DNA of 64,000 nt. Source: Gemmatimonadaceae bacterium (GTDB lineage: Bacteria; Gemmatimonadota; Gemmatimonadetes; Gemmatimonadales; Gemmatimonadaceae). The translations under genes were made by a program, and so were the position numbers. The notes beneath the pieces are model-generated. The model was given only the letters and a program-made list of their open reading frames with translations. It ran no database searches and was not told the origin of the DNA. Numbering within the stretch: position 1 is the stretch's first letter; each line of letters opens with the position of its first letter. Location: assembly GCA_045803545.1 (NCBI GenBank), contig JBJMOW010000001.1, forward strand, positions 32,001-96,000, written 5' to 3'. Shown here in pieces: positions 41,201-51,325 of the stretch.

Positions 41201-41360
41201 CTCCACTCGCGCCGACGGTACGACCGGCGCGGAACGGTCCGATCATTCGCCACTCGAGATTCGAGTACAGAGAAGGATCGAGAGTCTGCGCGCCGGCGCT
41301 ATGACACCTGAGTGCCAGTGCAGAGGCCGCGGCGAGGGTGATCAGAACGGAACGAGTCAG
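38283..41360 (-). CDS. Exported VPS10/sortilin-like BNR (Asp-box) repeat protein, glycosyl hydrolase-like; CTG start proposed
   Basis: Many S/T-x-D-G-G-x-T-W Asp boxes; WRMIGPFRAGR N-terminal motif; signal peptide encoded upstream of ATG 41246. Confidence 0.88.
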   Translation of the reverse strand: MTRSVLITLAAASALALRCHSAGAQTLDPSLYSNLEWRMIGPFRAGRTVGASGVRQQPNVFYIGVNDGGVWKTNDYGRVWTPIFDDQPTGSIGDLAVAPSNPNVIYVGSGEGLQRPDLSTGDGIYKSTDAGKTWRHLGLRDGQQVGSIIVDPRDENRIFIAVLGHPYGPNPERGVYRSTNGGESFEKVLYKDENTGAIQVGFDPKNPDIVYAALWAGRQGPWENSFWNGPLSGLFKSLDGGSTWRQIGKGFPTAAQGLGRIGFTIAASDPNRMYATIDAPTLGGIYRSDDAGENWRRTNHEVRVWGRASDFAELKVDPRNADVLYSANTSTYRSADGGKTFTAIKGAPGGDDYHRIWINPDNPDIIMIAADQGAIVTVNGGQTWSSWYNQPTAQFYHVITDNQIPYWVYGGQQESGSVGTTSRGDYGAITFREWNPVGAEEYGYIAPDPLDHNIIYGGKITRFDQRSREVQNVSPEAVRSGKYRFLRTAPIIFSTVDPHVLYFAGNVLFRTTTGGSRWDVISPDLTRKDYDVPASYGMFTEGDLSRARNRGVIYTIAPSFRDLNVIWTGSDDGAINITRDGGKSWTNITPAPLTPWSKVSLLEASHFDDQSAYAAINRIKLDDLHPHIYRTHDGGKTWKEIVDGIPANEVVNAVREDPARRGLLFAGTERAVYFSLDDGNHWHPLRLNMPATSIRDLVIHDDDIVVGTHGRSFWILDDMTPLRQLDTRAATQDYLFKPKLTYRFRRDKNTDTPLPPDEPAGKNPPDGAIINYRLARDATTPVVIEIADANGRAMRTFASADSIEPIETDLNVPTYWVRPPQRVATSRGTHRFVWDLHYPPPKVLGHDYPISAIYGDTPRGPLGPAVLPGDYTVRLRVNGETFAQPLTIKMDPRAPITAPGLRQQHDIGVRMNAAIDRDFAALTELRARRGTLRTQREGAKAREVADSLVALDSVLARVETGTGAAGVGLARLNEQLATILDIVESADMDPTTQTITAAAELEKSLDKTLAQWADIKRTRFSPSTK

Positions 41361-41558
41361 TTGAAGCTCCGGGTTTGCTCGCCGAAAAAATGGAGGCGCC
41401 AGCCTTCGACGGCCACCAAGAGTTCAATCGGAAGGCGTCCACATCTGGCGAAAATTGTTCCCGGCTGAGCTCGCGAAAATATTCGCCCCAGTGGAACGGC
41501 ATTTGTAATAATCATCCGTAGCTAGATATTCGACAAATAACGTGAGACAAAGCTCAAA

Positions 41559-42176
41559 ATGATCGTATCTCGTAAGAACTTAGCGGTAATTACCCTGATC
41601 GCTTTTGCGCTGGCAGGTGGGACCGCAGGCGCACAAATCGGCGTACCCGAAACGGCACCCACCGCCGGACGCGACACAAGCACCCACTTCGCGCCGATCT
41701 CTCTACACGCTGATCTGAGAACGCGTATGCTGACCGTGAAGCGCGGCCCCGAAGTGATCAAGACATATCAGGTCGCGGTTGGACAGGATCGCTACCCGAC
41801 GCCGCTCGGCACTTTCGACATCCGCAGAATCGTCTGGAATCCGACCTGGCATCCGCCACCGGACGCGGAGTGGGCGAAGGGTAAAACGGCCAAGGGTCCA
41901 GGCGATCCCGCTAACCCAATGAAGGTGGTGAAGATTTTCTTCAAGGATCCCGACTACTACATCCACGGTACCGGCGACGTTGAAAGCCTCGGCTCCGCGG
42001 CATCTCACGGATGTCTGCGCATGGATCCGGAGGAGGTCGCTGATCTGGCCAAGCTGGTTATGACTGAAGGCGGACAGCCGCGAGAGGACAACTGGTTCTG
42101 GCGAATCGTCCACTTCCGTCGCGAGACCAAAGAGGTTTACCTCGACAGCCCGGTTCCAATAACCATCACGGATTAA
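41559..42176 (+). CDS. L,D-transpeptidase (YkuD family)
   Basis: Signal peptide; VAVG..TPLG, YYIHGT, SHGCLRM. Confidence 0.92.
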   Translation: MIVSRKNLAVITLIAFALAGGTAGAQIGVPETAPTAGRDTSTHFAPISLHADLRTRMLTVKRGPEVIKTYQVAVGQDRYPTPLGTFDIRRIVWNPTWHPPPDAEWAKGKTAKGPGDPANPMKVVKIFFKDPDYYIHGTGDVESLGSAASHGCLRMDPEEVADLAKLVMTEGGQPREDNWFWRIVHFRRETKEVYLDSPVPITITD

Positions 42177-42595
42177 GCGACGGCCGGCTTCCGTCCCTGG
42201 AAGCCGGCGAACCATCCAGCGACGATCTTGAGAATCGAGGCGAGGATATAGGCGGAGGGAACGCCCTGATGTCCGGCGATCGAACCGCCTACTGAAACGA
42301 CGATCGCGGTCACAGCAACCACGAGTCCGTGGGCAACGAAGTTCGCCGTTACCCGACGCGTTATAACGCGCGCGAACAGGTACGTGAACAACGTACCGCC
42401 GACTACTCCAACTATGCCGCCTGTCCTTTGGTTGAACGCCTCATACACGGCGCCAGGCAAGCCTCGCGCGATGACGAACCTGTAAGTGACCGTAATGAGG
42501 ATGATCGTGACGACCGTGCACACTTCTGCGAGCAGACCATAGCCGAGGGCGGCAAGCCAGCGGTTACGATCAATGTGAGCGGGAGTCGCAGTCAA
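42173..42595 (-). CDS. Hypothetical 4-TM membrane protein
   Basis: Four hydrophobic segments; TTG start directly after the upstream TAA. Confidence 0.65.
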   Translation of the reverse strand: MTATPAHIDRNRWLAALGYGLLAEVCTVVTIILITVTYRFVIARGLPGAVYEAFNQRTGGIVGVVGGTLFTYLFARVITRRVTANFVAHGLVVAVTAIVVSVGGSIAGHQGVPSAYILASILKIVAGWFAGFQGRKPAVA

Positions 42596-43771
42596 TTATT
42601 TAACGCTGAAGGGGGCCGTCCATCGACGGTCGTCCCACGCGAAACTGAGAACTCCACCACTGCCCGCAGGTTGCACTCCGATAATGAACTGATCGACGGC
42701 CGGATTGGCTATCGCCTGGGTTAGATTCACGCGCGCAAAATCCTTGTCGGCGTGGTAGTCAGTGCCCCACTGCCCAGTCTCACTGTTGAAGATCAGCTGA
42801 GCGCCGGTTGGTGTAGGGACCGTCCAAAGTGTGTATTTCCCGGCCGGAATCACAGTGGACCCGAACGACAGATCCTTGTCGGTGGTGAAGACCGTCGCAG
42901 CGTTGGCCCCCGTCCGCCACACCTGATTCCACGGAACGACGTTGCCGAAGATTACGCGCCCGCGTTTGAGCGGCCGGCTGTAGGCAACAGAGACATTCGC
43001 ACCGCCCACCGCACCCCGAACGGTATCGGGCGGGGACATTTGGCCCATTGCTCCGCCACGCGATGCTTCAACTGCCGCCCAGTTCTTGACCAGCGCATCG
43101 ACGTCGAGGGTCGGCACGCTCTGCGCGATTGTTTTGATCGTCGTTGGTGTTGCGTCGACTCCCAGGATTCTGCCGCGTGAGTCGACGCGCGCCACTTCGA
43201 TCCAGCCTGGGAAGAACGTGCTCTGGAAGGCCACCGAGTCGGCACCGCGTCGACGAAGAATGATCGACGGCGAGGGATCGGAGCCTGGTGCGACCAGGAC
43301 ATAGGAGACGCTGTCGCGTCCGAGCTTCGAAGCGGCGAGCAGCTGCTCATAGATGCCGTAGGCCGCTGGTTCAGTTCCGATGAAAGGCGATGCCACGCCG
43401 TGATAGAACCGTCTTCCGCTGGCAGCCGTATCACGCTGACCGTTGCGGGTTGTTTCGATAACCGCGACGGTGTCGCCGAAGTTGCCGACGGTCTGCATTA
43501 CCGGTGGCGCACCCGCTGCGGCCGAAGCCCGAAGAACAGTGGCTGACAGCGACTTGAACGTGCCGTTCGACGCGAGGTCGCCAACGTAATGGATCGTGCG
43601 CACTCGCGGATAGCGGAGCACCAAATCGCCCTCCAGTTTGCTGGAGCTACGCGTATACCGCTCGACTGCGACGGTATCGTTGCCAAGTCTGGTTACGATG
43701 TAGGTCGGAGTCTGAGCCTGCGCGATGACAGGAGCGCAGAGGAGAGTTAGTGCTGCGAGTCGGAGTGACAT
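42596..43771 (-). CDS. Exported DUF2911-domain protein
   Basis: Signal peptide; C-terminal YSRPLKRGRVIFGNVVPWNQVWRTGANAAT and QWGT. Confidence 0.82.
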   Translation of the reverse strand: MSLRLAALTLLCAPVIAQAQTPTYIVTRLGNDTVAVERYTRSSSKLEGDLVLRYPRVRTIHYVGDLASNGTFKSLSATVLRASAAAGAPPVMQTVGNFGDTVAVIETTRNGQRDTAASGRRFYHGVASPFIGTEPAAYGIYEQLLAASKLGRDSVSYVLVAPGSDPSPSIILRRRGADSVAFQSTFFPGWIEVARVDSRGRILGVDATPTTIKTIAQSVPTLDVDALVKNWAAVEASRGGAMGQMSPPDTVRGAVGGANVSVAYSRPLKRGRVIFGNVVPWNQVWRTGANAATVFTTDKDLSFGSTVIPAGKYTLWTVPTPTGAQLIFNSETGQWGTDYHADKDFARVNLTQAIANPAVDQFIIGVQPAGSGGVLSFAWDDRRWTAPFSVK

Positions 43772-43849
43772 AAGTAGAACCTGGGGCAAACGAGGGTGCG
43801 CTGAATGTGAGCACCTGATACTGCAGCGAGTGCACTGGAGATGCAACGC

Positions 43850-45082
43850 TCAGACACTCGCTTCGACGCCCAGCCGCACTTCCCCGACATCGTCTTGGGC
43901 GGAAGCAGCTACCGCATCCAGCGCGGCAGTGACATCATCGACGAGATCATCCACGTGCTCGATTCCGACAGACAGGCGAACCAAACAATCGTCGATGCCG
44001 GCGTTGCGGCGGGCCGCTTCATCCATCGACGCATGAGTCATCGTTGCCGGATGCGCTACGAGGCTCTCCACGCCACCCAGTGACTCGGCGAGCGTGAAGC
44101 AGCCGAGTGCGTTGACGAAAGTCTCGACGCCAGCGATACCACCCTCGAGCTCAACGCTGACCATCGCTCCGAATCCATCCTGCTGCCTGCAGGCGATTTC
44201 GTGCCCCGAATGCGAGGTGAGGCCCGGATAGTAAATCCGTCGTACTGCGGGATGATCCGCCAGCGCCGCAACGACCGCTTTGGCGTTGCGCTCATGAGCG
44301 TCCATGCGCGGGTGCAATGTTCTCAGGCCGCGCAGCGTCAGAAAACTGTCGAACGGCGCTCCGGTGATGCCAAGACAGTTCGCCCACCAGGCCATCTCTT
44401 CGCCGAGCGACGCATCGGCAGTCACGACCGCGCCCCCGACGACGTCGCTATGGCCGTTCAGGTATTTGGTAGTCGAGTGCACGACCAGATCGGCGCCCAG
44501 CTCCAGCGGCCGCTGCAGCACTGGCGAGAGAAAGGTGTTATCGACCGCGACGATTGCACCCGCATCATGTCCGGCCGCGATTACACGCTCGAGATCGGTG
44601 ATGCGCAGCAACGGATTGCTGGGCGTCTCGATCCACAGCAGGCGCGGACGCTCGACGCGAACGAGATCCGGCGCGCCGTCGCAAGTGAGGTCGGTGAATA
44701 GGACCTCAAAGTGGCCACGCGCCGCGAGTGATCGCAGAAGTCGATGGGTTCCGCCATAACAATCGTGTGCGGCGACAACGAGATCGCCCGGACGAATCAG
44801 CTGCAGCACAAGATTTACGGCGGCCATTCCCGTACTGGTGACCACGCCGCGCAATCCTCCCTCGAGCTCGGCCAATGCCTGCGCGAGGTAATCGCGGGTT
44901 GGATTTCCGGTGCGGGTGTAATCGTAGGTCCGTTTTTTTCCGAACCCGTCGAACGCAAACGTGGAGGAGAGATGGATCGGCGCCACCACTGCACCATGGT
45001 GCAAGTCGGTTGCGATCCCGGCCCGTACCGCGCGCGTCACAGCGTGCTTCGCGCGCTGAGCTCTTTCGCGACGCTCGCTCAT
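43850..45082 (-). CDS. metB: Cystathionine gamma-synthase
   Basis: YDYTRTGNPTR, ETPSNP, DNTF, HSTTKYLNGHSD, AESLGGVESL. Confidence 0.9.
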   Translation of the reverse strand: MSERRERAQRAKHAVTRAVRAGIATDLHHGAVVAPIHLSSTFAFDGFGKKRTYDYTRTGNPTRDYLAQALAELEGGLRGVVTSTGMAAVNLVLQLIRPGDLVVAAHDCYGGTHRLLRSLAARGHFEVLFTDLTCDGAPDLVRVERPRLLWIETPSNPLLRITDLERVIAAGHDAGAIVAVDNTFLSPVLQRPLELGADLVVHSTTKYLNGHSDVVGGAVVTADASLGEEMAWWANCLGITGAPFDSFLTLRGLRTLHPRMDAHERNAKAVVAALADHPAVRRIYYPGLTSHSGHEIACRQQDGFGAMVSVELEGGIAGVETFVNALGCFTLAESLGGVESLVAHPATMTHASMDEAARRNAGIDDCLVRLSVGIEHVDDLVDDVTAALDAVAASAQDDVGEVRLGVEASV

Positions 45083-46041
45083 GCGGTCAGCCTCCGCTCC
45101 ACGTTGAGCAATTCTTCGATGAAGGGTGTGACGCGCTCGGAATCGCCGAGAAAGGCATCGTGCCCGAAGGCAGAATCGATCTCGATTAGTTGCGCGGGCC
45201 CGCTCAAACGATTCACCAGCTGACGCGATTGTTCGATCGGAACCAGACGGTCACTGCTGACACCGATCACAGTGGTCGGCACGGCGATGTCTTCCGGTCG
45301 TACTCGATGTAGATCGAGGGAAAGCGACAGCGCGTTGTACCTCTCCGATGTCCAGCTGTCTGCGAAATCTTCGCCCTTCTTCCTCAAATAGCTGCCGATG
45401 CGGTCCTCGATGGTGCGCGAATCGACGGGCTCGGAATCGATGAACCTTTCCTTGAAGTAGTTCGGCGTGAGGTAACTCGTCATCGCAATGCCACGCGCAA
45501 TTGTAAGCGCATCGCGCTCGCGGCCGATGTTCGCTCCGAGCTCGATCACTCGTCGCTGCAGATGCCGCAATGCTGTGGCCAGTGGATCGCTCTCGTGCGC
45601 CGCGCTGATGACGATGAGCCGACGACACCGCGTCGGATACGCTGCGCCGAATGCCAGCGCGACCATTCCACCATAGGATGCGCCAACAATGGCATGCAGT
45701 GACCGAACGCGCGCGTGATCGAGGGCACTGGCCAAGGCGTCGGCCTGATCGCGAGTCGTAACCGCGGACGAACCGCGGAACGTCGAGACGTAATCGACGC
45801 CGATCACCAGAAACCGCCTGGTGTCTATTGCCCTCCCGGCCCCGACCGCGTCCTCCCACCATCCCCGGTGAGGATCGAACGCGTTGGAGGTGACATGACG
45901 GTTGGCAGATATTCCACCGAGGACGGCAACAACGGGCGCTCCGGCCGGACCAACCAGCTCATATGCGACTCCATCGCTCGTCTTGTTGGCCTGTGCGTCG
46001 ATCCTGGCCGCTGGCTCGGCGGCGAAGGCGAGATTGGTCAT
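45079..46041 (-). CDS. metX: Homoserine O-acyltransferase, short MetX type (GGISA)
   Basis: LGGISA, GWW, nucleophile elbow GASYGG, SSDRL, FGHDAFL; lies between hom and metB. Confidence 0.85.
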   Translation of the reverse strand: MTNLAFAAEPAARIDAQANKTSDGVAYELVGPAGAPVVAVLGGISANRHVTSNAFDPHRGWWEDAVGAGRAIDTRRFLVIGVDYVSTFRGSSAVTTRDQADALASALDHARVRSLHAIVGASYGGMVALAFGAAYPTRCRRLIVISAAHESDPLATALRHLQRRVIELGANIGRERDALTIARGIAMTSYLTPNYFKERFIDSEPVDSRTIEDRIGSYLRKKGEDFADSWTSERYNALSLSLDLHRVRPEDIAVPTTVIGVSSDRLVPIEQSRQLVNRLSGPAQLIEIDSAFGHDAFLGDSERVTPFIEELLNVERRLTA

Positions 46042-47288
46042 TGGACCTGCACCTCCGCATCGGACAGCTCGACCCGCGCGATCGCCACCGTCTCGGTCGA
46101 CGCACGTAACGCATCAGCCAGCGCCTCTATGCGACTCCACTCGACGCGACTGGTGAGCGCACCAACACCGTTGGTATCGGCCCAGCTTCTTTCGACCGTG
46201 ACTCCGTGCGCAACCGCGCGTTGAACGAATCCAGTCCCGTTCCTGGCTAGCAGCAACCAGCGGTGGGGACGGTCATCGCCCGCGGAGACAAAGATCCTGC
46301 CTCGAGTACCGCGCGCATTTGGCGGGGGTGATGTTCTCAGCAAATCGCTGAGCAGCGCCGAAGCCGTCGGCTCGGCGCCAGCACCAGGACCGGAAACCGA
46401 AAGCGGTGCCGTCCAGCCCTGGTCGATTTCGATTCGATTCTCTTCTCCCAGCGTGCGAGCGAATCCGCTGGATACACTCACGACCGTGGGTTCGACGCTG
46501 GCGGCAACAAGGTTCTCGTCGAGCTGAATACACTCCGCGAGCAGCCGCAGGCGCCCGCCGAGGCCAATGGCAGCCTGCGCGAGATTCGCCAACCCAGGCA
46601 ACAAGCTCGTCCGGCGAATGCGGAGTGCCGACGGCGCGATTCCAAATGCGATCCATGCCGAAATCGCGAGCTTCGCTGCTGCATCGCGACCATCCAGATC
46701 GCGAGAGCAATCGGCTTCGGCGAGGCCACGCTGGCGCGCAGCGGCGATGGCGCGGTCGATGTCGACGCCTCGCTCCAATTCTGTGATGACGAAGTTCGAC
46801 GTCCCATTCAGAATTCCCCGAACGGATCGCGGTGGCGAAGCGCCAAGCAGGTCGCGCAGCGTCGAGATGACAGGAGCACTGGCGCCGACAGCCGCACCGA
46901 AGTCGAGAGATGTCCCCGTCTCTCGCGCCAGGTGACAGAGTCGGTCGCCGGCGCCGGCAATCAGCTCCTTGTTGGCGGTAATGAATTTCCGCCCACCGCG
47001 CAGTGCAGCGGCGGCGATTGTTTCGGCTGGCTCCTCTCCACCAATGGCTTCGACAACCACATCGGCGTCAGTCCGGAGAAAAGCGTCGAGATCGCTGGTG
47101 AACAGCGAATCCGGAACGGGAACGTGACGTTCCCTCGTCGGATTCCTCACCAATACGCTGGCGACGGAGAAGCTCACGTCGAACCGAGACGCAATTTCGT
47201 CTCGCGCATCATGGAGGAGTCTGACGAGACCGCCTCCCACCACACCACAACCTGCCAGAGCCAGTCGTACATCGCGCTTCGGAGTCAT
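46038..47288 (-). CDS. hom: Homoserine dehydrogenase
   Basis: GCGVVG, VVVEAIGG, TANK, GILNGTSNF, DAAAKL, GPGAG..TASA. Confidence 0.9.
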   Translation of the reverse strand: MTPKRDVRLALAGCGVVGGGLVRLLHDARDEIASRFDVSFSVASVLVRNPTRERHVPVPDSLFTSDLDAFLRTDADVVVEAIGGEEPAETIAAAALRGGRKFITANKELIAGAGDRLCHLARETGTSLDFGAAVGASAPVISTLRDLLGASPPRSVRGILNGTSNFVITELERGVDIDRAIAAARQRGLAEADCSRDLDGRDAAAKLAISAWIAFGIAPSALRIRRTSLLPGLANLAQAAIGLGGRLRLLAECIQLDENLVAASVEPTVVSVSSGFARTLGEENRIEIDQGWTAPLSVSGPGAGAEPTASALLSDLLRTSPPPNARGTRGRIFVSAGDDRPHRWLLLARNGTGFVQRAVAHGVTVERSWADTNGVGALTSRVEWSRIEALADALRASTETVAIARVELSDAEVQVQ

Positions 47289-47320
47289 TGCCCGATCCTC
47301 GTTAAAAAGACTCCGCGCAT

Positions 47321-47358
47321 AAAGCAGAACGCCCGTGGCAGTGTGGCCGCGGGCGTTC
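47321..47358 (-). terminator. Terminator-like hairpin downstream of the riboswitch aptamer
   Basis: GAACGCCCGCGGC-CACACT-GCCACGGGCGTTC then TGCTTT (imperfect U-tract). Confidence 0.6.
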
Positions 47359-47362
47359 CTCG

Positions 47363-47412
47363 CTTTTTAGCATTTATTTAACGTGGCTGCAATACGCGGC
47401 AAATCACCACAG
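47363..47412 (-). ncRNA. SAM-II (SAM-alpha) riboswitch
   Basis: GTGGT-GATTT...TTGCA-GCCAC-GTTAAATAAAT-GCTAAAAAG matches the SAM-II pseudoknot signature; upstream of hom-metX-metB. Confidence 0.88.
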
Positions 47413-47432
47413 GGTGCATCGATTGTCTTCGG

Positions 47433-47461
47433 ATTATATATGCGCAGGTTGCGATCGTCAA
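47433..47461 (-). promoter_or_regulatory. Sigma70 promoter of the met operon
   Basis: TTGACG-N17-TATAAT. Confidence 0.85.
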
Positions 47462-47630
47462 GCGCGCCTTCAAATCTCGAAGACTAAAGTCGGCAGTCGG
47501 CAGTCTAACTGTTAGCAGTTCGGAGTTTGTACTACAGGCGTCAGAGCGCATTGCGCCATCGACGCATGCATAACAACTGGGAACTCTGATCTGAGCTCTC
47601 TGCAAACTCCCGCGTTTACTTACATAAACA

Positions 47631-47663
47631 AAAAAAAAGGAGGGACGCAGGAGCGTCCCTCTT
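47631..47663 (-). terminator. groEL terminator
   Basis: GAGGGACGC-TCCT-GCGTCCCTC followed by C and a long T-run. Confidence 0.9.
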
Positions 47664-47684
47664 TCTACAGTTTCCCACAGGAGG

Positions 47685-49331
<1,647 letters not shown>

Positions 49332-49344
49332 TTAGCTGATGGGT

Positions 49345-49653
49345 TTAGTTAACGACCGCGAGCACATCGGACTCGCGAAGAATCAAGAGCTGTTCGTGAT
49401 CGATGGTGACTTCGGTGCCGCTGTACTTCCCGTAAAGAACCTTGTCCCCGACCTTGAGCTCCATCGGGACGCGAACATCCTTCTCGTAGCGACCGGGTCC
49501 GACGGCGATGATCTCGCCCTGCTGCGGCTTTTCCTTGGCGGTGTCGGGGATGAACAGCCCGCCGCGCATCTGCTCCGTATCCTCGAGCGCCCTGACGACG
49601 ACGCGATCGGCTAGGGGAGCGACTTTGGTGCTGGTTTGTGTCTTGGTGGCCAT
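49345..49653 (-). CDS. groS: Co-chaperonin GroES
   Basis: [28 protein letters not shown]. Confidence 0.98.
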   Translation of the reverse strand: MATKTQTSTKVAPLADRVVVRALEDTEQMRGGLFIPDTAKEKPQQGEIIAVGPGRYEKDVRVPMELKVGDKVLYGKYSGTEVTIDHEQLLILRESDVLAVVN

Positions 49654-49703
49654 AGTTAGCTGCCCTTCTGCGGGGTTAAATGGGTAGGTAAGCAAACCGC
49701 TTG

Positions 49704-49730
49704 TTAGCACTCAACCGTGGTGAGTGCTAA
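49704..49730. promoter_or_regulatory. CIRCE element (HrcA operator)
   Basis: Perfect TTAGCACTC-N9-GAGTGCTAA; a candidate promoter TTGACT-N18-TAACTT lies at 49737-49766 (-). Confidence 0.97.
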
Positions 49731-49805
49731 GTCACCAAGTTAACTATCCCTGCCGCCCGCAGTCAACCCAAGCATTTCGACTGTAGCCGAATCGCCGCGA
49801 AGCAG

Positions 49806-50579
49806 CTAATCGGTCAGAAGGCTATACCCTATCTGAATGCCCTTTAAGGTCAGAAAAGGGTCGACCAGCTCCAATTCAGAAGTGAAGGGCTGCACTGTTT
49901 CCGCCATCCCGCCGGTCGCGATCACCAAAGGGGTGGTTCGGGTTGGCCACTCTTTCTTGATTCGGCGGACAATCCCATCTATCGAGTCGACCGCGCCGTA
50001 CAACACGCCCGCGCGAATGCACTCGTCGGTGCGACGTGCGATGACATGCCTCGGCGCGACAATATCGGTCGCCGGCAATTGAGCCGTGCGCCGAAAGAGG
50101 GTGTCAGCCGAAATCATGATTCCAGGCTGGATCACTCCACCGAGGAAGGAGCCGTCGGCAGTGATGCAGTCATAAGTCGTCGCCGTCCCCATGTCGACAA
50201 CGATTGCGTCCCGCTTGTGAATGCGACTTGCCGCGAGGGTGTTGGCAATTCGATCGGCACCTACCGTAAGTGGCTCCTCGACGTCGAGCTTGATCGGGAG
50301 CTTCGCCCGCCCGTCGATCATTACCGGCTTGTGACCGAACGAAATCTCACAAGCTGAAGCCAGCATCGGAGTCACCGATGGCACCACCGAGCAAATTGCC
50401 GAGCCCTGCACACGACCCGGTGTGCTGAAATCCCCGCCGAGTATCGAGCGAATCAGTAGAGCGTATTCGTCTGACGTACGCGGCGCCGCCGTAGTCAGTC
50501 GCCAGTGCGACGTCAACTTGCTATCGTCGAACAGTCCGACAGTTATTTCAGAATTACCGACGTCGAATGCGAGAATCAC
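49806..50579 (-). CDS. coaX: Type III pantothenate kinase
   Basis: AFDVGNS, SVVP, VGADR, VDMGTATT, IATGG. Confidence 0.94.
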   Translation of the reverse strand: MILAFDVGNSEITVGLFDDSKLTSHWRLTTAAPRTSDEYALLIRSILGGDFSTPGRVQGSAICSVVPSVTPMLASACEISFGHKPVMIDGRAKLPIKLDVEEPLTVGADRIANTLAASRIHKRDAIVVDMGTATTYDCITADGSFLGGVIQPGIMISADTLFRRTAQLPATDIVAPRHVIARRTDECIRAGVLYGAVDSIDGIVRRIKKEWPTRTTPLVIATGGMAETVQPFTSELELVDPFLTLKGIQIGYSLLTD

Positions 50580-51325
50580 TATTCTCTCTCCAGAACGAGC
50601 GAACCGGACCGGAACCGCACCAACGAGTCGGCTAGAGCGACGAGCAGTTCGCCGGTCTCGCTGATTCCTGCCACCCTTCCAAGGGCAGGCGTGACACACT
50701 TCCGACCGCGCGCCATGTCTCTGGCCGCAAACTCCTCAATCTCGTCCTTGCGCAGCGGACCCGTTTCAGCGAGTGCCGCCCTTACACCGGGGACGACGTC
50801 CGCCAGGACATCGATCCGGTTCGTGTCGGGCTCTAACCAGGCACTCCCCGGAACGCCCTCCGGGGCGAGAATGTTGACACCGAGGCCGATCGCCACCCAC
50901 TCGAGCGAGCTCTCGCGCCAACGCGCTTCGACGAGAATCCCCGCGAGCTTACCGTGGTCGATGAACAGGTCATTCGGCCATTTCAGCCGAATTGGCTCCG
51001 CCGCGAATCGGTCCAGCGCCCGAGCCGCGGCGAGCCCAACCCGCAGCGACAATACGTCGAGTCCGGAAGTGTCGGCGGGCCGCTCGACCAACGTCAGCCA
51101 CAGGCCCGCACCTGGTGCTGACGCCCAACTCTTCCCGCCCCGCCCACGGCCCGCGGTTTGTTCATCCGCTATGATCAGAGTTCCGGCGGGCGCGCCCTCG
51201 CCAGCGAGGCGGTGCGCAACATCAAGAGTCGAGGTCGTCGACGCGAACAACTCGACGCGCGGCAACCCAAGCATCCGCTCGATGTCTTCACTGGTCGCTC
51301 CGTCGAACAGTACCTCACTACCCAC
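50579..51325 (-). CDS. birA: Biotin--[acetyl-CoA-carboxylase] ligase (no HTH)
   Basis: QTAGRGRGG..W, LKWPND, KLAGIL.E, GLGVN. Confidence 0.93.
   Translation of the reverse strand: MGSEVLFDGATSEDIERMLGLPRVELFASTTSTLDVAHRLAGEGAPAGTLIIADEQTAGRGRGGKSWASAPGAGLWLTLVERPADTSGLDVLSLRVGLAAARALDRFAAEPIRLKWPNDLFIDHGKLAGILVEARWRESSLEWVAIGLGVNILAPEGVPGSAWLEPDTNRIDVLADVVPGVRAALAETGPLRKDEIEEFAARDMARGRKCVTPALGRVAGISETGELLVALADSLVRFRSGSLVLERE

Noticed and set aside
47489..47505. Heptamer tandem GTCGGCA x2.4 (similar CGACTAG x2 near 891-904)
   Set aside because: Too short and too few copies to support a repeat family from this window.
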